A DNA stretch of 64,000 bases from Balanoglossus misakiensis (taxonomy: Eukaryota > Animalia > Hemichordata): contig CM082590.2 of NCBI GenBank assembly GCA_040954595.2, positions 3,596,001 to 3,660,000 of the forward strand, given 5' to 3'. Positions 37,501-48,600 of the stretch are shown here, one piece after another. The notes below the pieces were generated by a model that was given only the letters and a program-made list of their open reading frames with translations, searched no databases and was not told the origin of the DNA. Numbering within the stretch: position 1 is the stretch's first letter; every line of letters starts with the position of its first letter. A program made the translations under genes and the position numbers.

Positions 37501-40500
37501 TACCTGTGTGAATTGGTTGTACGTGTGAAATGTTGAGTGAGGCAGTGCAAATACTTACGTAGTTCCTTCCATTGACATCGTACCCATCAGCTATCATCGA
37601 CCGAATCCTTGCAACATCACCATTCTCAGCGGCATCAATGAGATCCTATAACACTCAGTGACACATACAATTGCTATTTTTAAATATTCGGTTAAAAAGA
37701 AAATTCTTCAGTATTTGAACTGACTTTGATTATGAACAAACAAAATCACAAACACTAAGAAATAATACCTAAACTGTTATATCAGTGTTTTAACTGTGTG
37801 CATCGATTATATGGTAAAGTATTCTAATTACACATAAACGTACACGGCTTACACCAAAATATAGATACATGTACTGGAAAATGCCCGGATGAGCCTATGG
37901 ACTCATGATAAGGCAACAGTCTCAAGAGAACGGTGAACAAATGCAATGAAAGCATCACAGTGAATGTTTGTCCAAACTGTGTGGGCAAGTTATTGTGTAG
38001 CTGTAGTAGTGTGTGGGTCGCGCGACAGCTTAATTTGTATACCTGGTCGCTGATGTGCTTCCCAAGAAGCTTTTTTGACAGTTTGATAGGGCTTGCTTGA
38101 TTTCCATAAAAGAAACGTGAACAAGGTTATGGTCAATTCGGCCGCGGGTGGATTCTATTTTGTGGATAACAAAAAGTGACTGACTCGATCGCCTCATTTA
38201 ACATGGAAAATGGGTGACCCCCGGTGACCCCCAATCACCCAATCACCCAATTCCAAAACAGGGAGATCTCTCCCATGAATACACCGCCCCCTCCCAGGCC
38301 TAATAAACTGACCAGTCCCTTATTTCGAAATTTATATGCCATTCTTCTTTGGAGTTGTGGATAATTCACGCACGCGTACAATATCCCTTCATGGAAAAAA
38401 TGTGATTTTTTGTGAATTTTGATCGCGAATAATAAAACATGGTGCAGACATTGCTGAAAGGAAACCATTCCATCGGTGAAATTCTTATCACAAAAATACT
38501 GGAATTCCAACAAAACGAAAACAATGAACGATAAGGTATTCCAGGATAATGACAACCGGTCCATTAATGCACTACTGAGCACAAAATGTCTGACTTGTAA
38601 ATTTGTACAAATGAAGAACTTGCTGGTGTATAACCCCCCCCCCCCCCCCTCGTCTTGTACATGAAGGCAGAAGACAATAAACTACATTTAAATGTGGCAG
38701 TACTTTTACAGGTACAGGTTATTCGTGCATCGCCTTCATCTACTTGTCGCCTTGATCCGATTCCTACCAAGATCTTCAAACATTCTGACATTTTACAAGT
38801 TTTGTTACCACATATCACAGAAATCTTCAATAACTCTCTGCAGTATGGTGTTGTACCTGCTCATTTCAAGGAAGCCGTCGTTAAACCTCTAATTAAAAAG
38901 CCATCTCTTGATCATGAAGTTCTCAAACATTTCCGTCCTGTATCCAACCTGCCGTTTTTGTCGAAGATCCTGGAACGTATTGTTGCCAAGAGACTGACTT
39001 CTCACATTGCCAACCATTCATTGGACAAGCCTTTGCAATCTGCTTACAAGCCAGGACACAGTACTGAGACTGCTCTCCTCAAAGTAACAAATGACATTTT
39101 GCTTGCTCTTGATGAAAAAAGAGATGTTTTCTTGGTATTACTCGATCTTTCCGCAGCATTTGACACTGTGAACCATACCATTTTACTCAATCGCTTAAGA
39201 GACCGCTTTGGTCTCTCTGATACTGTTCTCATGTGGTTTAAGTCATACCTTTCCAATCAGTCAGTGTGTACTTGTTCATTCCACCCAATCACCTTTTTAT
39301 CCGCTCGACACTGGGGTACCACAGGGATCAGTTCTTGGTCCCATACTTTTCAATATGTACACGTCTCCATTAGGTGAATTAGTTCAAAGTCATGGTTGTC
39401 TTTATAGTTTTTATGCAGATGACTCTTCACTTTATATGTCTTTTAGTAAAGACAACGCAGCAAGAACTGTTTCAAATCTTGAACTTTGTATACCCGATGT
39501 TAGGTTTTGGATGTCTGAAAACTTCTTGTGCTTAAACGATGATAAGACTGAATTTGTTATTTTCTCTGGTATTTTGGGTGATCTGTCTGCTAGAGGGATT
39601 TCAGAAATTCGTGTTGGCGATTCTCTGATTCCCGTCCATTGTCAGGCTAAGAGCCTTGGAGTGATCCTTGACTCTTGTCTGACAATGAAGCCACATATTG
39701 GACAGATCTGCCGCTCTGCCACTTTTCATTTACGTCGCATTGCCCTTATCAGGAAATATTTATCTCATTCTGCTACAGAGCAATTAGTTCATGCATTCAT
39801 TACTTCTCGTATTGATTCATGTAATTCACTTTTATTTGGGCTCCCGAAGTATTCAATCATCCGTATCCAACGCGTTCAGAATATTGCTGCTAGAATTGTT
39901 ACTCGTTCAAAAATCACCTGTCACATCACTCCAATTTTGTATCAGTTGCACTGGCTACCTGTTACAGAGCGCATTGTTTTTAAGATGTTAGTTCTCACTT
40001 TTAAATCCATTCATAAACTTGGTCCAATCTATCTTTCTAGCATGACTAATCTATATGTTCCGTGTCGCAATTTAAGGTCAGCTGATCAGTTCAAACTCTG
40101 CCCTGTTCGATCACGCACCAAGAGTTATGGCGATCGTGCTTTTACTGTTGCTGCTCCAATTCTTTGGAATAATCTTCCACTCACAATTCGCCAGGCACCA
40201 GACTTATCTGTTTTTAAATCAAATGTTAAAACTTTACTTTTTAAATCTGTTTTTTAGCCATTTGTTGTATTTTACTTTTGCTTTAAGCGTCATTGATCAC
40301 ATTTTTTGTGGATACTGACGCTATACAAATAAATTATTATTATTATTATTATTATTACTTCAATAATTTTGTTTGTAGACAGCTGTTTATTAGAAATAAA
40401 AGAACTGATTCATGGTGTACCTTAATCTTACGCTGAATTGGGATTAAAGCGTTCATTAGCAACCTCTTCACTATGGTATATTAGTGTCACCAGTTTTGGA

Positions 40501-41635
40501 ACAAACATTCTGTGATGAAGATATTGTTTATAAGTCAGTAGATATCACAACTTTATGTTTACACAAGCACCGATTTAGAGATAGTCGGTGTATAAACGTC
40601 GAGGGGATAAAATATTCATTGCTTTTTGTTCTTCCAAACTTAAGCGAGGGGTTTGGGGTCAAACGAAAATAGATGCATTTTACATGCCTCATGTCATGCA
40701 TTATTTTCGTGATTTTACTATCAAAGTTCGGTTGGGTCATTTTTAGGTCCCATTGGTATGTACCATGGGACCTTATGGGATCAGTTGCGTCTGTATGTAT
40801 GTATGGATGTATGTCTCCGTCCACATCAAAAACTTGAAAACCACTGTGTCCTTGACGCGATTTTTAAAAGCTTACTCGAGGGTATGCGAAAATGTATCAT
40901 CAACCAGTCATGTCGTCTGTCGGCAAAGGATACGGAGAAGATTGAGTCAGCTCATGGGGAATTAATAATTATCCACGACCCTATGACCTAAACTATGTCT
41001 GCGTCACATTGAATGAACTCATTTCAGGTTAAAGGTTATCACTCGTTGATATGGCGTCAATCCTGACTATCCTATATAAAGACACACAGCCAGAATGGTT
41101 ACAAAGTAACACTGGCATGGATTTCAACAATTGATTTATATAAAGTTAGAGCTTGCTAAATAAATTTGCTTGCAGTATAACAGCAAAATAGTTAATAAAT
41201 GCAACCAATATAATTGCAAAAAAATCCTTCTTTTTGTCTCAAGTTGGGTGTCGTAATCATTTTGACATATCGTCAACCGAGTTATTATTTATGAATGCAC
41301 TAATATTGTAATGCATACATACACTGAAAGTTCTGATGTTTTGCGTGTGTCGAGCAAGCATGACCCATTGAAAAAAAACACGTAGGCCGTATAAAAAGGA
41401 TATAGCGCAGCAAGTCTACGCAGCATTCATAAGTCTTGTGACACAATTTTCAAAGTGGTTTTCCATGTTAAATGTGCATTGGGTTGAAGGGGTGAATTTT
41501 CAAACGCAGTCTTCAGTCCAGAAAAATAAACCACATAAAGCAGTTGTCGACACTGCCTGACTGAGTTGCCCTTGGTGTGAAATGTCGCTTTAACAGTTCA
41601 CTTACCCATGGATCTTTATCTTCTCCGGAAGCCAT
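14872..41635 (-). CDS. Ankyrin-ROC-COR-death-domain ROCO protein (DAPK1-like, no kinase), 13 coding exons, ~906 aa
   Basis: Exons in transcript order: 41635-41606, 37645-37559, 35572-35474, 32202-32104, 31602-31504, 27771-27673, 19673-19617, 18633-18505, 18164-17871, 17625-17478, 17070-16922, 16498-16316, 16119-14872. All introns are GT-AG with compatible phases and no stops. Motifs: ankyrin (T/A)PLH-type, P-loop GFGGVGKTT, TPG, DFAGQ, SRAD, COR and a C-terminal death-like domain. Confidence 0.9.
16316..16498 (-). CDS. ROCO gene exon 12 (COR N-terminal part)
   Basis: 183 nt, CAG|KEEIIPNLC...YLESIGE|GTAAA, phase 0-0. Confidence 0.88.
16591..16710. repeat. (TACA)n/(CA)n intronic microsatellite
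   Basis: Direct inspection; it explains the spurious CMYV/HTYI ORFs. Confidence 0.9.
16922..17070 (-). CDS. ROCO gene exon 11 (end of ROC)
   Basis: 149 nt, TAG|(A)KRVVEEVREELKKKFGNYLNIVDETVLVNCHDSQSEAMGRLRVILRGFK|GTGAG; phase 1-0, matching exon 10. Confidence 0.87.
17478..17625 (-). CDS. ROCO gene exon 10 (ROC G4-like SRAD)
   Basis: 148 nt, CAG|TNIWAQFFKG...PTVILIASRADML...|GTAAG. Confidence 0.88.
17662..17732. repeat. (AATC)n microsatellite
   Basis: Direct inspection. Confidence 0.9.
17871..18164 (-). CDS. ROCO gene exon 9 (ROC switch I/II)
   Basis: 294 nt, CAG|GFWQAYF...YTPTPGIDV...MDFAGQCEYYVTHNMFL...ALKE|GTGAG. Confidence 0.92.
18505..18633 (-). CDS. ROCO gene exon 8 (ROC P-loop)
   Basis: 129 nt, CAG|AEQRK...RVHVCGFGGVGKTTLVKSLQR|GTAAC. 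Confidence 0.92.
18783..19136. mobile_element. Palindromic MITE with TTAA ends (T2/Kolobok-like)
   Basis: TTAAAGGGACAAA...TTTGTCCCTTTAA; nearly the whole 354 bp folds as one imperfect hairpin. Confidence 0.88.
19617..19673 (-). CDS. ROCO gene exon 7 (ankyrin C-cap half repeat)
   Basis: 57 nt, CAG|VGKTPMDYAHDRRVKSLLK|GTAAT, phase 0-0. Confidence 0.85.
19720..23400. repeat. Intronic block copy A (interrupted by the HINE at 20621-22643)
   Basis: Colinear with 28933-30477 and 34264-35236, e.g. shared CAGGTTTAATCCCCC and CAAGACATCGACC, and a CAGCTG hairpin at ~22760-22840. Confidence 0.88.
20621..22643 (-). mobile_element. HINE/DINE-1-like element, minus orientation
   Basis: Minus strand: 5' palindrome GGGGACCAAGC..GCTTGGTCCC; 3' GCTTGGGCCCC plus stem-loop GCTGCTTGCAGC and TTTAA. 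Absent from block copies B and C, where the flanks are contiguous. Confidence 0.82.
23929..25612 (+). mobile_element. 5'-truncated L1/Tx1-clade LINE ORF2 fragment (RT C-half plus zf-RVT), frameshifted
   Basis: QYADD at 23973-23987, SGLRPNFEKT, GGLNMVD, CTFC...EDIIHLFFEC; frameshift at ~24950; poly(A) 25594-25615; 12-bp TSD AAAGGTTTGGAC at 23917-23928 and 25613-25624. Confidence 0.92.
26268..26770. repeat. Diverged tandem duplication, 2 x ~250 bp
   Basis: AATGTTATCAA(T/A)TTTAACTCT at 26268 and 26517, with colinear downstream sequence. Confidence 0.75.
27673..27771 (-). CDS. ROCO gene exon 6 (one ankyrin repeat)
   Basis: 99 nt, CAG|LGDAPIHLAAKLGQEGAALLLLKAKCSVNIQNK|GTAAG. Confidence 0.9.
28933..30477. 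repeat. Intronic block copy B
   Basis: Colinear with 19720-20620 plus 22644-23400. Confidence 0.88.
30576..30920. repeat. GC-rich 133-bp tandem repeat, ~2.6 copies
   Basis: CCCATACCAGC(G/A)CAAACC at ~30577, 30711 and 30843. Confidence 0.9.
31504..31602 (-). CDS. ROCO gene exon 5 (one ankyrin repeat)
   Basis: 99 nt, CAG|NDWAPLHNAAANGHGGVVTLLLQSSASIDVKNN|GTAAG. Confidence 0.92.
32104..32202 (-). CDS. ROCO gene exon 4 (one ankyrin repeat)
   Basis: 99 nt, CAG|GGQAPLHYAARYGNGDMVRLLLQSNASIDVKDN|GTAAG. Confidence 0.92.
33080..33253. mobile_element. Small GC-rich MITE-like insert
   Basis: Imperfect TIRs TAGTCTCGCCAGCCAGACCTC ... GAGGTCTCGCCAGCGAGA. Confidence 0.55.
34264..35236. repeat. Intronic block copy C (partial)
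   Basis: Colinear with the distal part of copies A and B. Confidence 0.88.
35474..35572 (-). CDS. ROCO gene exon 3 (one ankyrin repeat)
   Basis: 99 nt, CAG|DESTALHAASRGNKLKAAQVLIDHGADINAKDE|GTAAG. Confidence 0.92.
35903..36170. repeat. Diverged tandem duplication, 2 x ~143 bp
   Basis: TTCAATCACAC(C/T)AAGTACTCTAA...GGACGTGATA.ACCCGACACA at ~35903 and ~36046. Confidence 0.75.
37559..37645 (-). CDS. ROCO gene exon 2 (ankyrin N-cap)
   Basis: 87 nt, TAG|DLIDAAENGDVARIRSMIADGYDVNGRNY|GTAAG. Confidence 0.88.
38715..40357 (+). mobile_element. 5'-truncated L2/CR1-group LINE (RT and 3' end), one frameshift
   Basis: FRPVSNLPFLSKILE, LDLSAAFDTV, GVPQGSVLGP, YADD (39412-39423), LHWLP, GDRAF; frameshift at ~39255; short 3' UTR, AATAAA and (TTA)n tail. 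Confidence 0.93.
40740..40850 (+). mobile_element. 5' fragment of another HINE/DINE-1-like element
   Basis: T-run, palindrome AGGTCCCAT..ATGGGACCT, then a (GTAT)n/GTCC microsatellite. Confidence 0.55.
41606..41635 (-). CDS. ROCO gene probable first coding exon (MASGEDKDPW)
   Basis: Strong Kozak context ACC ATG G, then 30 nt and TGG|GTAAGT; phase 0 matches exon 2. Short, so less certain than the other exons. Confidence 0.7.
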
Positions 41636-41729
41636 GGTTACGTTATTGACATTGTGTTGGAATACTTCAGTAGCCGCACCGCTCTCTAGAGTTGAACAAG
41701 TCACCTTCTTATGTGTTGTAAATGGCGTT

Positions 41730-42045
41730 GACTACCAGGTCAGGTGACGTTGACAAAACTTTTGGGACATTGTCTGATAAATAAGGAAATACGTTAAAAC
41801 AACAAAAAATACCCGCACTTGGTCAAAGTTTATGACATCATAGAAGCGTGACATATAGAATAAACGTCAATACTATGGTGACGTCACAGCATAATTCATT
41901 CAATTTGTTTGTTTCTGAGTTAATCACAAAATTAGTTCGCACATTCAAACAACAGAGTAATGAGAGTATGAGCAACACATGACGTGAATGAAGTGACATA
42001 TCTTCACTTCGCAATACTCAGTGCAGGACTATGACATCACTCTAG
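41730..42045. promoter_or_regulatory. Cluster of CRE/ATF-like sites upstream of the ROCO start codon
   Basis: Perfect TGACGTCA at 41879-41886; TGACATCA at ~41833 and ~42033; TGACGT half-sites at ~41745 and ~41980. Function untested. Confidence 0.35.
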
Positions 42046-42088
42046 GCAATGAAACGCAATCATGATGACTATGATTCTGACTGAACTT

Positions 42089-42790
42089 GGTCTGCCACAC
42101 ACTTCAACTATAGAGCATACGGGCGTTCCTCACAGGCTTCTCCGGGCGTGGTCAGGCTCTGGCCCCGCCGAGTGAGAAAGGTAACGCGCCGTATCGGTGT
42201 CTTTAAGCAGGCGCGGTAGAGACAAACCTGGTCGACCCCCAGAGAGTACGGGTTCTGTTCCGCACTCAACGGGAGGAATTTGCTCTGTCCCCAGCCTGGC
42301 AAGGGAGAACTTGTACCCAGATTGGCCGTTGTCGGCTCCTCCGAGGTATCGCCGTCATCGCCAACGGTAAGTACAGTTGCTCTGGGTTCCACGTGGCCTA
42401 GTCGCAACTGTCCCCGCAGAGGGGGGGGGGTAAAGACACCATACGCGGAGTCTGACTTTTTGGCCCCTCTGCGGGTAGGCGCGCCGGAAGTAAAAGAAGT
42501 GGTGGTCTGCCACACACATCAACTATAGAGTATACGGGCGTTCCTCGCAGGCTTCCCCGGGCGCGGTTAGCCTCTGGCCCTGCAGAGTTTGAAGGAAATG
42601 TCGTGTAAGCTAGGGAACGCGCCGTGTCGGTGTCCTTTACACAGGTGCGGTATATAACGCATGGAGACAGGAGAATGAAGGGTCGTTGGCGTGCTGCCCC
42701 CCCCCCCCAGGGGACCTCGCTCCAGTCCCCGCTGAGTTAGAATAGGGACATGCCGTGTCGATGTCCTTTAAGCGGTTACGCTTGCAAGAA
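42089..42790. other. GC/CpG-rich insert with an ~80-bp direct repeat; probable retroelement end
   Basis: GGTCTGCCACACAC.TCAACTATAGAG.ATACGGGCGTTCCTC at ~42089 and ~42504; sharp GC shift relative to the flanks. Confidence 0.5.
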
Positions 42791-45682
42791 CTCTATAGAT
42801 GTATAAAGGGGAGTGGTTGTCAATATTTTCATAATTATGTAAAAAAAGAGGTTTTTCGGAATTTGGAAAATGTTTTTCGTACTGTTCGCAACATTAACAC
42901 AGAGATTGGCGGTCATTTTGAACTTCAAATTTTAGACCATTTAGTTATTATTCTTAATTTTAAGAGAACATAATTTAAAGTTGCTTTGAGCAAAATATGA
43001 GTACATTTTAAGACGTATTCTTCCCAAATAATAATGATCACACATGCGGAATTTTCATTGGTTCCTGTTACTACATGTATCACATAACATTGGCTTAGAA
43101 ACAGGAAGTTAAGTGAATAACATATCAGACGATATTCCGAGTATTCATGACAATTTTGTTGATTCTCTAGTACAGCAGCAGAAACAAAATTGTGCGGATC
43201 TTAGTTTAGATACCTCTGTAAGGTCATATGCAGTGACTAAAGGTATGTTCGGTTTGATTGATAAACGTCCATTTACAGAATGTAAGCTTTGATTCTATAG
43301 TTTCTGCTGAGAGATATCATGAACAGGTACATTTCACGACCTCATTAATTAAGCTTATACGTCAAACTGTTTATCACTCAGACGAAGAACGATCATTGTA
43401 TGCAAAATGGGTATGGTACGTGTCACTGTATATTGGAGACAACAATCCACTCCAAAAGGAGGACGAATCACGCAGTACATACAGGTGCACCAAATTTTTT
43501 CTTTGGAATAGTTCTGGGCTTATCGGGACCATTTTGATTTCAAAACTTGCAATCAGCAACACAATCATCTCTCTTAAAATGGTAGCTGGGGAGTTTATAC
43601 TTACACGAATCATTGGAATGTGAGGCAAGAGTAATTTACATGTAAACATATTTTATGAGCTGCATTTAAGTTTCAAATATGTCACCAAAGTCAGGAGCAA
43701 ATCACGATCACTTCTCGTGCACGTAATGCCTGGTGTCTAAATCTGATCAAGAAACACTGTGTAGCAGAGGGAATTAGTTCAATGGTTTCATCACATAATG
43801 TGATTCCTATTCAGATAAGTGTAATCATTTGGTTAAGTAGTGGCTTGAAAAAATAAAGGTATCGATAACTTTACACTTGGTCACATTTCAAATTTATTTT
43901 TTGCGCGATAATGTGATCAGTTACTGATCAGCTGTGTACATCTATTCATCCAGCCATCAATTCATACCTGACCTGGTGCTTATTTCAATGACTAGTATAT
44001 ACTGGTATCGGCGTTATAGTATTTTTCTGTTTAGTTTAGCACCGTTCATGTTAATCTCGCATTTATAATCTTTGATAGTAAATTCTTTCCAATCTTACTG
44101 TATAGAAGGGAAGTTTGGGGTTTCTATGTAAGGCTGACCAAATTGAAAAAGTGCATAACAAATTTTGTTGTTTTATTTTGAGATTGTATGGCAATGCGAC
44201 CACTAGCGCTGTTAGGGGTGAGTTAGGGCATTTTACAATACGTATATGCTTAGACTTGGAAGGATTATAAAATATTGACTTTGCTTAATTTCAATGCACA
44301 GCAGTGTATTGTGCACATATGTTATATTTTTCAATACAAAGAAGCTGAAACTTGTCAACCATGTTGGGATATGATGTTATGATGTTGTTGTTCTCATCTG
44401 GTATGGGTGAACATGGCTTAACCTAGGTGTGGGTAGTGATGTCAATTTGATCAATTTATTATTTACGTCAACAGCGGGAACCTAGAGACGGAAAATACAG
44501 TGAGAAACTTCATCGTTAATGATTAAAACTCAGAGGACTGCAGTCCAGGACAACCAATTAGCATGACTCATGCCCACCAAAATAGCATCTTCGACAAAGC
44601 GCCCTGCTGTACTAACTTTTATAACAGAATGATTCCTTTGTTGAGATACCCGCATGCAAGTATGATGACAAACCGAATTTCTGGAATTTCTCATTTAATG
44701 CATGTCCCCAGGCTGTTTGCCTCATTTTTCTTTTAGGAAAGGAAAGATTGCTCCTTTACAATGCACCACGCCAACGTCGCTGATTATGGGAACAATCAAA
44801 CTGTTAAGCAGAATAAGTTTATGTTTCAGGCGATGCGCAATTCAGCTTGAAGGAGGAAGTTGATAATGCGCGCAAAATGACCCCGATCAGTGATGATCGT
44901 GTGTGACCTGGCGTACTCAGGCTATTGGACGCTGACCACTGAAACTTGCACAAACCAATTACTTTTATGTAAAAACACCAGCTAAATTCACATGATATAG
45001 CCGACACTGAAGTTTATGAACTAGACATTAAAATCATCTCATAACATCAAAGTTTTATCTACTTTGTAAAACATTGAGAAATGACATTATCGTGATTCAT
45101 GTGTGAACACTAACCGAACTAACAGAACAATAAACAAAAAAAATACAATTTTCCTTCGAACACTCTTTACAAAACATTTCTGGACGCGGAAATATACAGA
45201 GATCAAAGACAAGACCAAAGCAGCGATGTAGTTGATGTAAGAAAATACACCACTTTCATCACCACAGACAAATTAATTAAAGAGAACTAAACGTCCTTTG
45301 AGCCTCAGCGCTCTGATGTTATGTTCGTCTCTATTAACATAAAAATTGGGCCATTCTTTATTACAATAATTGTTAAAGGTGTGAGACGCAAGAAGACAAT
45401 GTATGATCTCCTGTGTGATTGATAATAATACGAGATTATATGACAACTAAGATTTCCCAGAGTAATGTACACTGCAGTAATTTCAGATGCAAACGTAAGC
45501 GGAAGTTGAGATTCATTTTTATAAATGACAAAATTGAAGATGATGAACTTTCAGACAACAACGTAGACAGGGACAGTAACTTATTGTACTACCGCTAACA
45601 TGGAGAAATACGCCAGCCTGCTGACCTTTCAAATAACATCAAAGTTTTCCTCGTTTCTGATGTAACGATTCGTCAGAATTTT

Positions 45683-48600
45683 TGACAATATGTATGATAA
45701 TATAAAGGTTACCACCCCTTAGAGAATGACGTCATCACCAACTAACCAGGCTCAACGTGGCACATAGGGTGTGAATTGCAAATATCTGCTTATGTCTGAC
45801 GTGTATGTCTAATTTTGGTCAGGGATTTCAGATCGCTTCCTTACAAGGCACCACGGAACAGTCACTAATAATTTAAACAATCGATTCGCTGGATGTTTCA
45901 ACCAATTCCCATGCTTACAGTTGAACAGATAGCTCCAAATGGCATTCAGCATGTTGCTCAACGGATGACCTCAAGTGACCCAACGTGCCCTGGATATAGG
46001 GCAGAATGATAAAAACCACGCAAACCTACCGTTTTTCTAAAGACGTCATTTCAAGTAAAGAAACAACACTGAAAATTACTGTAACAATTCAGAAACGGAT
46101 TCAGATAGAGATAACGTTCTCGTGATTTTCGTGTAAACGCTATAGGAAATAACACAGTTTAAAAATCTAATAAACAGAAAACACCCCACATAAATTATCC
46201 CTCGAACACTCTACAAAAAATAAAAATTCTCGACGTGGAAATGTTCATACTAATAGATAACGACCTTTCAAATTGCATCAAAGAATAGTGTTAGGGTTAG
46301 GGCTTTCTTTGCACCAGCTCCTTAAGGTAGTATGTTCTTCGGGGACATATTTTCAGTCAAGTTGAATTCCCCAAGCCTTTAAGGATATGCGCACAGAACA
46401 TAAACTAGAAAATGTGCGCATTCGGCTTTTCTCCATAGGATTACATTAATATTTGAGAGAAACAAACTTCTACTGTTGTCATTTACACGAACTTTTACAC
46501 ATAGGTCAATCAAGTAAAATAAATTCAGTGGTCAAATAAAATCGTATAGTCACCGCGGTCCATTTTGAGATAAATTTCGTTAAATATTTTGCCTATACAG
46601 AAACCATTGGTGAAAAATGCGGAGTCAGCAGTTTTCTTTTATTATCGACTAAATTCATGGCGCTGAATTTTAAAAACAAGCGTGGTGACTCCTATATTAT
46701 TATACATACAAAGGTGAATCCAAAAATCTACAATCAAAAGAAATGACAATACTTTCAATTTTACTGAACGTACATTATAGTTTTTGTATTATAGTGCGTG
46801 GGATTTTTTTTATACATAGAAAACTGGGTATTCACCATCTTGTTTTCATTTCTAAGGAGTTGATACAAAGATTGGTGGCCATTTTTGAACACGTGTTATT
46901 TGGTTCCTAATTTATTTCAATTTCATCGCTAGAAACAAAAGGATTTAGTCAAAACGTTACAGTACGATATTCCGATTATTTATCACAATTTCGTTGATTC
47001 TCTGGTACAGCAGCAGAACATAGTACGACCTACTTAGTAGAGATATCTCGACAATATGTCGGTCAGGTCACCTTGAGTGACTGAAGGTGTGTTTGCCTTA
47101 TAGATTAACGTCCACACACAGTATCTACACTTTGATTCTATATCAAAGATGTCATGAACAGGTACATTCAACGAGTGTCACCTAATTAATTAAGCTTATA
47201 CGTCAAACTGTTTATCACTCAGATAATAATGTGTGGTCTTAAGTGAGATCACTTCATTGAACATGAGAATCGTACGTGTCATTGTGGATTGGAGACAACA
47301 ACCCACATTAAGTATTAAGAATCATCCTGTACTATTGTACATATAGGTGAACAAACTTTTTTTAAAGTTAACCCATGGTCGGTAATTATCAGGGCAAGTT
47401 AAACTTCAAATTTTAAAACCAACAACAAATCCCTTTCTCTTAAAATGGTTGCTGGGTAGTCCATACTTACACTAATCATTGGCTTAGGAGGCAAAACTGA
47501 TATTTTACATGATGATTTTACATGTAATATATTTATTGCTTAAACATCATGTTATATTGTACATACAGGCGAACAAACCCTTTTTATTGTTAACCCTGGT
47601 CGAGAAATATCAGGGACCATATTAATTTTCAATCTTAAAATTAGCAACAAAACTCTTTCTCTCTAAATGCTTGTTTGGCAGTTTATATACTTGCACCTAT
47701 CATTGGAAAGTAGTGGTTTATGCATAACGTGTGCGTATATTTGAACAATATTTCTGTTTAAAAACAAATCTGGAGAAAAATAAGATACCTGCCACGTTTA
47801 TGTTTACATGTTTAGTGGCTGAATATGATGATTTTACATGTAATATATTTATGTCATACAGCCATAAAACACCTGAAGCAAATCAAGATCACTGCCAAGT
47901 TCATGCATATAATGTTTAGTGGCTATAGATTTGATCAAGACACATTGTGTGGCAGAGAGAAGTAGTTAACTGGCTTCATCACACAATGTGATGATTCTTT
48001 TAGATGAATGGAATGATTTGGCGTCAATATCAGAGGAGATAATGAAGGTATTTGATAAGATTACATTTGATCCAATTCTAGCCACATCATTTGTGATCAT
48101 GAGGACAGTGGCCGAATGTACATCCATTCATACCTGGCCTGGTGCTGATTTCAATAACTGGTAAAGATCGGCGCTTTGTTGGGTTTCAACTCTCAAACTT
48201 CATTTAAAAAAATCATTTGCAAAAATCGTTTGATCACAATAAAATTTCAATTCATAACGTTTGGTAGGGGGTCCGCTGACAAATTTTATAAGGATATTTT
48301 CCTGGGTTATTGTTACCCTTAAAAGAGAGCAGCGCACTGGGCCTCCCGCTCAGGTCTGATTAAATTTGGTCAAATTCCAGGGTCATCCTGAGGACAGTGA
48401 TTAATCAACTTTGTACATCCATTCATACCTGACCTGGTGATTATTTCAACGACTAGTAAAAAAAATTAGCATGGGCGTTATATTAACGTTATATTAACTA
48501 TTTTCTGAAAGTGAGGTTAAATTTTATCATAAACAATCTGCAAAAATCAATGTGTCACCTAAATTTGTACATTTTCTTCCACAAAATCTCAGTAATTCGC

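Noticed and set aside
14872-41635. Calling the gene the DAPK1 ortholog
   Set aside because: No kinase or CaM-binding exons were found upstream, and a good Kozak ATG directly precedes the ankyrin N-cap. It is DAPK1-like in architecture only.
46291-46302. Telomeric TTAGGG x2 (also at ~51300)
   Set aside because: Only two units, and duplicated as part of the 2-kb repeat.
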